Shown here: positions 1 to 8,755 of the stretch, in pieces
How positions within the stretch are numbered: the stretch's first letter is position 1
Layout of the letters: every line of letters begins with the position of its first letter
Source: Pseudomonadota bacterium
Lineage (GTDB): Bacteria > Pseudomonadota > Alphaproteobacteria > RF32 > CAG-239
Length of the DNA stretch: 64,000 nt
Direction of reading: 5' to 3'
Assembly: GCA_918234285.1 (NCBI GenBank)
Contig: CAKJXZ020000010.1
Location: forward strand, 1 to 64,000
Position numbers and translations under genes: made by a program
Notes under the pieces: model-generated
Told to the model about the DNA's origin: nothing
Database searches by the model: none
Seen by the model: only the letters and a program-made list of their open reading frames with translations

Positions 1-374
1 CACCGCAAAAAGTCGGCGGGAATTTCTGGTGCAATAATAATGAACTAACTTCATTGCAAGGAGCACCGCAAAAAGTCGGCGGAGATTTTAGTTGCAGTAA
101 AAATAATGACTTATTATCTTTATTCGGATTGCCTAAAATGCCGGATGATCAGGAAGTGTATTGCGATTTGGTTTTAGCGGAAAAATATAATTGTCCGAAA
201 TCGAAAAATGATGGTATTTATTACCATGATTTGATTGAATGTACGGTTTATAAAAATGAGCTTAAAATAGCAGAGCTCCGGCAGAAAAAACATGAGGAAA
301 ATAAAGTCGCACAAGCTCGGTTGAAGGCCGGCTATGCCGCATTTAAGAAGAAACAGGCCGAGGAGCGGGAATAA
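1..374 (+). CDS. 5'-truncated LRR-like repeat protein (21-aa GAPQKVGGDFxC repeats) with KAGY...ERE C-terminal tag
   Basis: Frame is open from the window edge (PQKVGGNFWCNNNELTSLQGAPQKVGGDFSC...); 63-bp repeat unit; paralog of 10013..11047. Confidence 0.85.
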   Translation, partial: PQKVGGNFWCNNNELTSLQGAPQKVGGDFSCSKNNDLLSLFGLPKMPDDQEVYCDLVLAEKYNCPKSKNDGIYYHDLIECTVYKNELKIAELRQKKHEENKVAQARLKAGYAAFKKKQAEERE

Positions 375-388
375 AGTAATAATAAAAA

Positions 389-412
389 ACTCTGCGCTTT
401 GACGCAGAGCAT
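389..412. terminator. Probable bidirectional hairpin terminator
   Basis: ctctgcg-tttga-type loop-cgcagag hairpin flanked by A-runs between converging genes. Confidence 0.5.
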
Positions 413-432
413 AAAAAATATCAGAGCAAAAG

Positions 433-915
433 TTAATTATTTGCCTGTTGTATCGGGATTTTCTTGAACTTTTGTTTTTCATCCTGCGATTTCGGTACCG
501 TCACGGTTAAAACCCCGTTACTGTATCGTGCGGCGGCATTTTCATAATCCAAATCCCACGGCAACGGCACCGTGCGCTTAAATGCGCCGTAGCTGATTTC
601 CGAGAAAAACGCATCTTTTTCGGAAGTTTCGGTAACGTTTTTCTTTTCTCCGCAAATGGTTAAATAACCGTCGGAAGAAATGCGCAAATCAACATCATCT
701 TCGTTGATACCCGGAAGTTCGGCCGTCACGGTTACGGCATCTTTGGTTTCCGCAATTTGCAAATGCGGTTCCCAATCGCCGACCGCCGTTTCCGCCGTGG
801 CATCCGGATAATTCCAAAAATAATTCATTAAACGATTAAAGTCGCTTGAACGGCTGAACGGCGTCATTTCCTGATTATGGTTGCCGCAAGTACCGCGTGT
901 CATAATGTTTTTCAT
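433..915 (-). CDS. Hsp20/alpha-crystallin small heat shock protein
   Basis: AELPG, LTICGEK, YGAFKRTVPLP, A.YSNGVLTVTVPK motifs and C-terminal IPI motif. Confidence 0.92.
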   Translation of the reverse strand: MKNIMTRGTCGNHNQEMTPFSRSSDFNRLMNYFWNYPDATAETAVGDWEPHLQIAETKDAVTVTAELPGINEDDVDLRISSDGYLTICGEKKNVTETSEKDAFFSEISYGAFKRTVPLPWDLDYENAAARYSNGVLTVTVPKSQDEKQKFKKIPIQQANN

Positions 916-923
916 CTCAACTC

Positions 924-1070
924 CTATTTGCTTACTTCGATTTCGGTTTCTTCAACTTCGTATTCGGCAGGTGCCCCCTGCTTTTTACTGCCGCAACCAC
1001 ATCCGCTTTTGCTGTCGGAACTTGAGGCGGATGAATTACCGCCGTGTAAAGATTTTTTATTGATTTTCAT
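924..1070 (-). CDS. Small 48-aa protein upstream of hsp20 (absent from ORF track)
   Basis: AAGGAG RBS and ATG; MKINKKSLHGGNSSASSSDSKSGCGCGSKKQGAPAEYEVEETEIEVSK; stop overlaps the hsp20 RBS. Confidence 0.7.
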   Translation of the reverse strand: MKINKKSLHGGNSSASSSDSKSGCGCGSKKQGAPAEYEVEETEIEVSK

Positions 1071-1241
1071 ATTTTTTCTCCTTTAATTGTTATATTTATC
1101 AAACAAATAGTCCTTATGCTTAAATAAATGCAAAAGCGGCAAATCAAAGCTGTCCGTTTGGCCAATATATACAATTATTTTGCAAATAAAATAACTTGCA
1201 TTAGCGCGAAAAATTTCCTAAATTATTGCTGAGAGGTCAAC

Positions 1242-1649
1242 GTGAAAAAGTTTTATTGTTTTTATTGTCAAAAAGATGTGCAACCGTTCAAATTGCTAAA
1301 GTGGCGCTTTTGCCCGATGTGTAAACACTATATGAGCGATGACGGTGAGGGTTTTTATAAAATATGTGACCGTTGTGAGGCAAATATGCCGGCCGATGCC
1401 GCGCACTGCTTAAAGTGCGGCTATGCGTTTAAGGGGGATAGTGCTCGCAAAGAATACGGCAATTTACCGGTTAATTTGCCGATTGGTAAAGGATGGGGCG
1501 AAAGCATAATAAGCGCCGTCATCGTTATTTTGAGTATTTTGGCCGGATTTGCGATTTTGTATTTGTCCTTTTATGCGGTTTTATTCATTATTGTTGTCGG
1601 GTTTGTTTGGTTTTTATTGAATATGCTGCGGATAAAAATGCGTTTTTAA
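1242..1649 (+). CDS. Zinc-ribbon protein with C-terminal transmembrane helices
   Basis: Four CxxC pairs and a hydrophobic C-terminus; GAGG RBS before GTG start. Confidence 0.75.
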   Translation: MKKFYCFYCQKDVQPFKLLKWRFCPMCKHYMSDDGEGFYKICDRCEANMPADAAHCLKCGYAFKGDSARKEYGNLPVNLPIGKGWGESIISAVIVILSILAGFAILYLSFYAVLFIIVVGFVWFLLNMLRIKMRF

Positions 1650-1690
1650 CAAATATTCCCGAAAGCCGTCAAAGCGTTTCGGGAATACTG

Positions 1691-1906
1691 TTACTTGTAG
1701 AGTTCTCTGCGCCACCTGAGGTAAGACGCACGAAGTCTGCGCACTGTATCTGAATGTTCTTTAAGGGTTCGGCCACGTGGCTTTTGGGCCTTAATTTCTT
1801 CAATGACACAGTTGACTTTTTTAAGGTACCGCTGCTTTTCTGACCTATCCAGGTTCTTTAACTTCATAAGAGTTTTTCTCGCGGCAATCGAATAATTTTT
1901 TTCCAT
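1691..1906 (-). CDS. Small basic hypothetical protein
   Basis: 71-aa ORF with upstream TTGACT-N16-TAAAAT promoter (1947-1974) and a downstream hairpin (about 1652-1690). Confidence 0.55.
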   Translation of the reverse strand: MEKNYSIAARKTLMKLKNLDRSEKQRYLKKVNCVIEEIKAQKPRGRTLKEHSDTVRRLRASYLRWRRELYK

Positions 1907-1980
1907 AACGCAAGAATAATAGCTAAATCATATATTTACGGTCTTAATTTTATACAAGTGAGCGCAAAAGTCAAGTTGAT

Positions 1981-3093
1981 TTATTTTTCGCCTTTTTCCT
2001 GCAAAATATCGATAACCGCGAAAATGCTGTATAACTGGCTGACGACTTCACGCACTTTGGCATAATCCAGCGCCGGCGTAAACAGCGAAGTGGTTTCAAA
2101 CATATCTTTACGGGTATGTACGGCCAGCATCAGTTTATTATTAAAAAAGCTGAAGTCGATGTGTCTGCCGTGAAAAAGTTTTCTGACGTCGTTTATTTTT
2201 TCCATAAACACCGGGGTCAAAATATAGCGTGCCGCCACCTGATTATCGGTAAGAACCTTCCATTCGCGATTGAACGCTATTTGTTCCAGTTTGACTTTTT
2301 GTGTTGCTCTTTTGTTGTCTTTAAAAAGCTTTAACCAGCCCCAAATTACAAAACTGCCGATTAATATACCCAAATAAATAAACAGCCCGACTTCAAACAA
2401 ATCTTCGGCAAGCATAAAAATCGCCGCAATCACCCCTATCATATTAATCAACAACAGTACCCAAACTATCAAACGCAGATTGTCTTTGAACATCGCCCCA
2501 AAGTTGCCGCGATGTTTTACCACGGTTTTTCCTCTAAATTTTTTGTTGAATTCAAGCAAAATAATCACGCCTTTGAAAATGCTGTAATCGTTTTTACTGC
2601 CCTTAACCAATAACTTTTGCTCGGAAACGCTGATTTTGGTATTTTTGTGTGTTCCTTCAAAAGAATCATCGGTTTCCGTGTTATCAAACTGACTGAACAT
2701 TTCGGATTTTTCGATGTCTTTTGTATTTATCGTTGAAACAAAACTGTATTGAAACGTACCCCAAAACGACAGGATTTTATCCATAACCAGAGATTTGGTT
2801 TCAACACAATAATCAAAAAACGGCACAATACACACATAACCCATGGCAATAAGTATGAACATGAAGAGTTTTAAGAATCCTTCGCTGGTGTACAATTCCT
2901 TGCTGATTGTGCCGTTTATGCATAGAAATATCACAAATAAAACGATGGCCATACAAGTAATAAAACGTCGCCAAAATATATTTAAATATTTTTTTCTTGC
3001 CGGCTCCAACTGTTCGTATTTTTGGCGCAGATTTTTATCGTAGAACAATTTAAAATCCTGCTGCAATTTTGCTAATTCGTAATTTACTTTCAT
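1981..3093 (-). CDS. DUF3137-like membrane protein
   Basis: Two TM pairs; DDSFEG, F.G.T, ARYILTPVFME motifs. Confidence 0.7.
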   Translation of the reverse strand: MKVNYELAKLQQDFKLFYDKNLRQKYEQLEPARKKYLNIFWRRFITCMAIVLFVIFLCINGTISKELYTSEGFLKLFMFILIAMGYVCIVPFFDYCVETKSLVMDKILSFWGTFQYSFVSTINTKDIEKSEMFSQFDNTETDDSFEGTHKNTKISVSEQKLLVKGSKNDYSIFKGVIILLEFNKKFRGKTVVKHRGNFGAMFKDNLRLIVWVLLLINMIGVIAAIFMLAEDLFEVGLFIYLGILIGSFVIWGWLKLFKDNKRATQKVKLEQIAFNREWKVLTDNQVAARYILTPVFMEKINDVRKLFHGRHIDFSFFNNKLMLAVHTRKDMFETTSLFTPALDYAKVREVVSQLYSIFAVIDILQEKGEK

Positions 3094-3096
3094 CTT

Positions 3097-3693
3097 TTAT
3101 TTCCAGTCAATAACGGGATATTTTTGCCAGCCGCTTAAGTTATAATGCCACCATTCGTGGGGAATTGCCTCAAAACCGCAACTTTCCATCAGTGCTTTCA
3201 AAAATGTCCGATTTTCAAGCGCCTCCGCTGAGACTTCCATATAATCGTGTCGCGCTTTTTTAAGATGAGTTTGAAACTCCGTAAAATCGCCGGCGCAAAC
3301 CTGCTGTTGAAATTGCGGCTCATAAGCATCAATTTCGGTCGGATACGGAAGGTTGTTACCGTTTGCATCGGTTAAACACACATCAACCGCGGTGCCGTGA
3401 CAATGGTTGGAGCGTTCCGCTGTTGCCGCAAAAAAGCCTTTAAACGGAATTATTTCCAGCATTTTTTGATGAGCCAGTGGCGGGCGATAAGCATCGCAAA
3501 TTCGCATTTTAAAATTTTTCTCCCGCAAAACAGGCACTGCTCGCAAAAGCGCCGCGGCAGTATCTTTATGCATATACGCTTGGTTAGCGTAGCCGATTTC
3601 CTCATAAACGGCGCGTCCCGTCATATTATTTTGGCGCGCATACATCATATCAATAATAAAAAGCGGGTGTTCAAACTTAACCAGATTTTCCAT
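3097..3693 (-). CDS. ddpX: D-alanyl-D-alanine dipeptidase (M15D, VanX/DdpX family)
   Basis: DAYRP, SNHCHGTAVD, EWWHY motifs; start reassigned to MENLV at 3693 with AAGGAG RBS. Confidence 0.88.
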   Translation of the reverse strand: MENLVKFEHPLFIIDMMYARQNNMTGRAVYEEIGYANQAYMHKDTAAALLRAVPVLREKNFKMRICDAYRPPLAHQKMLEIIPFKGFFAATAERSNHCHGTAVDVCLTDANGNNLPYPTEIDAYEPQFQQQVCAGDFTEFQTHLKKARHDYMEVSAEALENRTFLKALMESCGFEAIPHEWWHYNLSGWQKYPVIDWK

Positions 3694-3769
3694 AATCCAT
3701 ACTCCTTGAAGGGTAATGTAACAAAAAATATTTGCGGTTGCAATAAAATAAAACAAACGCGGTTTTAGA

Positions 3770-3798
3770 TTGACAACCGTGTTTTTATGACGTAACTT
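3770..3798 (+). promoter_or_regulatory. Sigma70-like promoter
   Basis: TTGACA (3770-3775), 17-bp spacer, TAACTT. Confidence 0.55.
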
Positions 3799-3804
3799 TA
3801 TCTT

Positions 3805-3998
3805 GCGTAAGATGATAACTTGCGTGAGGTTTAGAACCCTCTGAATAGTTATCTTGTTTCTGCAAGATGTAAAATTACTTCCTGCGATGTGGCAGGAAGG
3901 TAGTGAATAAGTTGCTTTCTTGCAAAGCGACAAATAGCTACACTATTCTATTCAATAGGTTCTGACTTCCTGCTACTCCTCATCAGGGTAGTTTTTTT
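3805..3998 (+). ncRNA. Candidate structured ncRNA or attenuator leader, family unknown
   Basis: Promoter, long closing stem, three internal hairpins, terminal hairpin plus T-run. Confidence 0.55.
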
Positions 3999-4017
3999 GT
4001 TTTATAAAAGAGAAAAA

Positions 4018-4263
4018 ATGTCACAAGATTGTTTTCTGCCCGACGGAACGGTACGCGTTAGTGAAACCGTTACATACTATCGTTATGTGCCGCAAAAAAT
4101 TTATGAAATTGATATGGCTCTGAATTTTCTGAATGATGATGAACTGATTAAAGTGATGAAATATATATCGCGCATAACCGGCAAACGTTATACTTTCAGA
4201 AGCTTGCAAAAGCCCGTGTCGGCAAAACAACTTTCTCGCGCCATAAACCGCTTAAACAAATAA
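4018..4263 (+). CDS. Hypothetical protein
   Basis: ORF with ATG at 4018 directly after the structured leader. Confidence 0.6.
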   Translation: MSQDCFLPDGTVRVSETVTYYRYVPQKIYEIDMALNFLNDDELIKVMKYISRITGKRYTFRSLQKPVSAKQLSRAINRLNK

Positions 4264-4350
4264 TTTTTTTAATATATCTGTTTCGGCGATTGAAATTTCT
4301 CCGCCGCAAAATATTTATATGGGTGTAAACTTACAGCAGAGGAGAGAAAA

Positions 4351-4587
4351 ATGACACAAGCAAGCGACAATCTTCGCACCCATTCCGCTAAAACCAAAGA
4401 ATTTATCAAGGCCAAAAATACCGGTTTTGTTGAAGATATTTTTGCCCGTTACCATAATAAAATGCGCGATGAAATAGAGTTTTCGGAAGCCGATTTTTAT
4501 GAAGACAATATTTATGATGAGCCGGAATATCAGCGTACTCCGCGTTTTAAAGATTATAATGACAACCGCCACGAAATTCGCCATTAA
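4351..4587 (+). CDS. Small hypothetical protein
   Basis: GAGGAG RBS; 78 aa; followed by hairpin terminator. Confidence 0.7.
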   Translation: MTQASDNLRTHSAKTKEFIKAKNTGFVEDIFARYHNKMRDEIEFSEADFYEDNIYDEPEYQRTPRFKDYNDNRHEIRH

Positions 4588-4617
4588 TCTTTAACTAAAG
4601 CCCTATTTTGCAGGGCT

Positions 4618-5184
4618 TTATTTTTTATAAATTTTACCGTTTTCAAGTGTCAGCCGAATAATTTCGGCATTAGGAATTTTATCCTGGAAGACACCGAGAT
4701 GAATCAATAGCGAACGTATCACTGCCGAATGTGCCGAAATGCCGATATTTTGATAGGGCTCGTTTTGTAAAAAAACAATAAAATCAAGCACGCGATTTAG
4801 GATTTGCCGCTTGCTTTCGCCGCCATCAAAAGCGTAATCCATATCCTTAAAATCGCGCCATCGTTTATATTCTTTTGTAAGTTGCGTTTGAATGTCTGTT
4901 TTAAGCATTCCTTCGGCAATACCGAAATTGCCTTCGATTAAGCGTTCATCGACAATCAGCGGAACTTTTTTTGACTGTGCTACCGCCGCACCGGTTTGAT
5001 ATGCACGCTCTAACGGACTGGTATAAATGACATCAAGCTCTATATCAGCAAATTGAGCCGCCAAAACTTTTGCTTGTGCCAAACCGTCGGCATTCAACGG
5101 CGGGTTATTGCTTTGCCCCTGAAAGCGCCCTTCCTTATTTAAATCGGTCTCCCCGTGGCGAAAAACATAAAGATTTTTAATCAT
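4618..5184 (-). CDS. Histidine phosphatase family protein
   Basis: RHGET, SPLERAYQT, GGES, AH motifs. Confidence 0.9.
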   Translation of the reverse strand: MIKNLYVFRHGETDLNKEGRFQGQSNNPPLNADGLAQAKVLAAQFADIELDVIYTSPLERAYQTGAAVAQSKKVPLIVDERLIEGNFGIAEGMLKTDIQTQLTKEYKRWRDFKDMDYAFDGGESKRQILNRVLDFIVFLQNEPYQNIGISAHSAVIRSLLIHLGVFQDKIPNAEIIRLTLENGKIYKK

Positions 5185-6487
5185 ATTTTTCTCTTTTTAG
5201 GTTTGTTTTTTGCCATCCTTTGGCGGCGAGATTTATCATATCATCATAAACTCGCGACTGTGTTTGCGGTTCGGCCGTAACTCCGCAAATTACCTCTTTT
5301 CCGCTTTGCATAATTTCCGGAATTTCCCAAGCTTTATTTTCTAATTTATAGCGTGCCAAATCGGCAAACAACCGCGCTTCCATCATTTCGCCGAGTACCG
5401 AATACTTGATGCTCGGTTCAACCTTAAAGCGCTGTCTGAACACCGCAAAAGATTTTTGGTGTTCCGGCAAAACAAAGCTCTTTCCCTGTAATAAATCGGC
5501 AAAACTTTTATACACTATCGGATTTTTCCAACCGCCGCCGAATAAAATAAAATGCGGCGGCAGTTCAATGTTTGACGGAGTTAAAGTTAAGGCCTGCACG
5601 GCAATATATGCAGCAAAATATTCCAGTGTATGCACGGCATCGGCAAGCGGCAATTTTGCGGATTCAATCGCAGCAAAAACCTTATCTTTATGATAAAACT
5701 GCGGATCCCCCGATTTTGGCAGCGGCCTTTCGTAGTATCCGCGGCATATATCAAAAAATTCTTGCAACAATTCTGTGTCAAGCTTGCCATTTTTGCCGTA
5801 TTTGCCATCAATATCAAAGCTGTCAGCGGTATGGCTGCGAATAAAATTATCGACATATTCGTTAAACGGGCCGGCATCTCCGGCGATTTGCGCCTTACCT
5901 TGTACAATCCAAGCAAAATTCGATGTATTGCCGCCGTTATAATAACAGCCGTCCCCCTCGGTTGCGGCAATATGCGTATTATGCGGCGGCACCAACGGTG
6001 CACCGTCAAAGCCCGCCATTAACGGCGCCGAGCGAAAATCATATACAACTTTTATACCGGTTAAGTCAGCCAGCATTTTGCCCGAACCGATTTGTAACGT
6101 ATAAGGAAGAGTCCCTTCTGCCCGCGCTTTTGACGGCGGATTATGGTCAAGCGTTTTGCCGTGAAAACCGACGGCATCAATAGTGTTTTTATCAAGGTTA
6201 TTTTGCTCGCACATATCGTTAATTGCCGCGGCTATACCTTTGATATATTCATCATGAACTCGCTTAAAATCCGGCAAAGCAAGGATTTCAGCTTTGGTTT
6301 TGTTTTTAACGGCGGCGCGCAATTTTTCCATATCTTCCTGCATTTGCCGCGAATACGGCCGCGAAAAAGCACAAATATCTGTCATTTTATCGCCGGCAAA
6401 TTCGGTCAGCACCAAATCAATTGCGTCCATACTGTTGCCGGTCATATTTCCGATTATACGATATACCATTTCTTCCCTTATTAGCAT
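5177..6487 (-). CDS. anmK: Anhydro-N-acetylmuramic acid kinase
   Basis: MTGNSMDAID, GFHGKT, LQIG, DFRS, GAPLVP, DAGPFN, PKS, GGG..N motifs. Confidence 0.85.
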   Translation of the reverse strand: MLIREEMVYRIIGNMTGNSMDAIDLVLTEFAGDKMTDICAFSRPYSRQMQEDMEKLRAAVKNKTKAEILALPDFKRVHDEYIKGIAAAINDMCEQNNLDKNTIDAVGFHGKTLDHNPPSKARAEGTLPYTLQIGSGKMLADLTGIKVVYDFRSAPLMAGFDGAPLVPPHNTHIAATEGDGCYYNGGNTSNFAWIVQGKAQIAGDAGPFNEYVDNFIRSHTADSFDIDGKYGKNGKLDTELLQEFFDICRGYYERPLPKSGDPQFYHKDKVFAAIESAKLPLADAVHTLEYFAAYIAVQALTLTPSNIELPPHFILFGGGWKNPIVYKSFADLLQGKSFVLPEHQKSFAVFRQRFKVEPSIKYSVLGEMMEARLFADLARYKLENKAWEIPEIMQSGKEVICGVTAEPQTQSRVYDDMINLAAKGWQKTNLKREKYD

Positions 6488-6600
6488 AAACTTCCCTCTT
6501 TCTATCTATATCATCTCCGCCCATAAATCAAGATTATTAATCTTCTTGTTATATTGGAATCGATTTGCTTGGGTATATTTTAAAAGCGAAAGGAGATAAA

Positions 6601-6870
6601 ATGACAATACAAGAAAAAGGATTTTGGCACAAAACCAAAGAAGTAAGCGGTAATTTATGGGAGGATACCAAAACCGTTACCGAAGATGTGTGGGAGGGCA
6701 CCAAAAACATGGCCGGCGGTATTAAAGATGCTTTTATCGGCGATGATGAGGAAGAACTGCACGAAGAAATGCATTATTCGGCCAATACGGCGGATGATAA
6801 TATTTATGGTGAAGCGGAAATCACGGCTGAAGAAACTTTAAAAACTCCCAGACGACATACAAAGCACTAA
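6601..6870 (+). CDS. Small acidic protein with 11-mer amphipathic repeats
   Basis: AAGGAG RBS; W..TK repeats at 11-aa spacing. Confidence 0.7.
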   Translation: MTIQEKGFWHKTKEVSGNLWEDTKTVTEDVWEGTKNMAGGIKDAFIGDDEEELHEEMHYSANTADDNIYGEAEITAEETLKTPRRHTKH

Positions 6871-6925
6871 AAAAATACGGTCGGCAAACAAAATGCCGAC
6901 CGGACGAACTTTTATATGTATTTTA

Positions 6926-8002
6926 TTATTTATCTTTACCCAAAGTCGCATCGGAAATCTTCTGTTCTACGTATTTAGCAAAATTCGGTATTTTTTTCTT
7001 TTCCAGTTTGGTGTGCAAAATCGAATCCGCGGTATGCGTGACTTTCTTGCGCAGATTAGATAATTTGCTCTGCGTTTGTTTATTGATTAAATGGTCTTTA
7101 TACTGCTTATGGCGCATCCTGATTTTGCTGTATCTGGCCGCTTTTGCATTCGCATCTTCGAAATCGTTATATTTATATAAATATGCTACTTCTTCTTGCG
7201 TTACCGGAACACCGTGACGCATGCACCAATCTTCTATCCCGAAGTGATACGGATTATTACCCGGAGTAGGTAAACTTACTATTTTATCCGGTCCGATAAA
7301 GTTAATATCTTTAACACCGAGTTTTTTCAATACATCGGCAACATTTTTGGCGCAATTATTAGTAAAAATATCGTATCGCTTGCCGCCCTTCTTAATATTG
7401 TGTTTATCTATCGCGCGAATAATATCTTTCGGCTCTATTCCGAGTTGGCTCGGATAAATGAGATAATAATCGGCCAGGTCCTGATATTGCGGATACAGCG
7501 GCTCGGGATTCATAATGAGAACACGATTAATAACCCGATCTTTATATTGCATACAGGCGTGTCCGGTAAGAGAAATCCCCTCCAACGGAATAATACCGAT
7601 AAGAATCGGTTCTTCCGCCATCAAATCGAGTTTGCCGTCTTTATCGCGCGGAATCCTGTCCGTGACATCGCCGTTTTTGCGCAAAACTTTGCCGGTTTTT
7701 TCAAATTCTTCTTGCGGACTGCCGTCAAAATTCACCAAACAACGTACACCGTTTTTATCAACATATTGCCCTAAGCCTTTTTCGCGAGCAATCTCTTGTT
7801 CTTGTTGCGGAGTATCGGCCACGATTTTTTCCAAACCATGATGATAAGGGTTCAAATCGGAATGCTTAATACGATTAAAAAATTTAGAATTTTTAAAATT
7901 AACCCATTGCCGACGCAACCAAACAAATAAGTTGGCCTGGCTGTCAAAAGCCGTCGGGCGGCGATATCTGGTTTCTCTAAACGGTTGACGCGGCATATTC
8001 AT
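6926..8002 (-). CDS. Permuted papain-like (PPPDE/LRAT/DUF4105-like) protein with basic C-terminal tail
   Basis: GHA followed by YDIFTNNCA (His-before-Cys order); AGGAGG RBS. Confidence 0.65.
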   Translation of the reverse strand: MNMPRQPFRETRYRRPTAFDSQANLFVWLRRQWVNFKNSKFFNRIKHSDLNPYHHGLEKIVADTPQQEQEIAREKGLGQYVDKNGVRCLVNFDGSPQEEFEKTGKVLRKNGDVTDRIPRDKDGKLDLMAEEPILIGIIPLEGISLTGHACMQYKDRVINRVLIMNPEPLYPQYQDLADYYLIYPSQLGIEPKDIIRAIDKHNIKKGGKRYDIFTNNCAKNVADVLKKLGVKDINFIGPDKIVSLPTPGNNPYHFGIEDWCMRHGVPVTQEEVAYLYKYNDFEDANAKAARYSKIRMRHKQYKDHLINKQTQSKLSNLRKKVTHTADSILHTKLEKKKIPNFAKYVEQKISDATLGKDK

Positions 8003-8163
8003 CTCCTCCTTGTTATCTTAGCAAAAAACGTGCCAATTGTCAATCACGCTTTTTATTCAATGGTTTACCCGTTTTTATGCTGAAAAAATGGCGTATCATT
8101 TTGTTTGGGATTGACTTATGGCATCTACGGTATTACTTTTGTAAAAAATGTTAAGAGAAAAAA

Positions 8164-8751
8164 ATGCCGCAGATAGAATTCGCCATATTTGACATCGGTC
8201 AGGTTATTTATCCTTATACCTTGGCTCCGCTGGATGATTTAATGAAAAGTCTGGCCGTCGACAAAGACGGGCGGTCAGCATTGGAATATGACTACAATCC
8301 GTATATGCGAGGCGAGCTGACGGCTGAGCGTTTTGCTCAAGAATTGTGTTTGTTTTGCCATGTAAAATATAATAAAAAATTGTTGCCGCCGATTGACGAA
8401 GCTTTGCATCGGGGAAGGGGAAAAGAATATCCGCAAACGCTTGAAGCTATGTGTCAATTTCGAAAAAAAGGTGTAAAAATAGGGGTTTTATCAAATGCAA
8501 TACCGGCACTGAATGACGAATATACGGAACTGGTCGAGCCGGAATTCGTTTTTGTTTCATATAATATGGGGTTGTTGAAACCTGATGTAAAAATATATCA
8601 AACCATGGCGAAAAAATTGAAAACTTCTTACGAAAAAATCCTGTTTATCGACGATAAAGAAATAAATATTCGGGCGGCACAATCGCTCGGAATCAACGGA
8701 ATTATCTTCAAACCGGAAACCATTCTGCAGGAAATCGAACCGTATTTATAG
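8164..8751 (+). CDS. HAD-family hydrolase
   Basis: FDIGQV, LSN, KP, FIDD motifs. Confidence 0.88.
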   Translation: MPQIEFAIFDIGQVIYPYTLAPLDDLMKSLAVDKDGRSALEYDYNPYMRGELTAERFAQELCLFCHVKYNKKLLPPIDEALHRGRGKEYPQTLEAMCQFRKKGVKIGVLSNAIPALNDEYTELVEPEFVFVSYNMGLLKPDVKIYQTMAKKLKTSYEKILFIDDKEINIRAAQSLGINGIIFKPETILQEIEPYL

Positions 8752-8755
8752 AAAT

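Noticed and set aside
3097-3693. VanX as a vancomycin resistance locus
   Set aside because: No vanH/vanA/vanRS; the anmK and ampG context fits peptidoglycan recycling.
3694-3933. N-terminal 80-aa extension of the ddpX ORF
   Set aside because: RBS and homology start at 3693; the extension overlaps promoters and the opposite-strand structured RNA.
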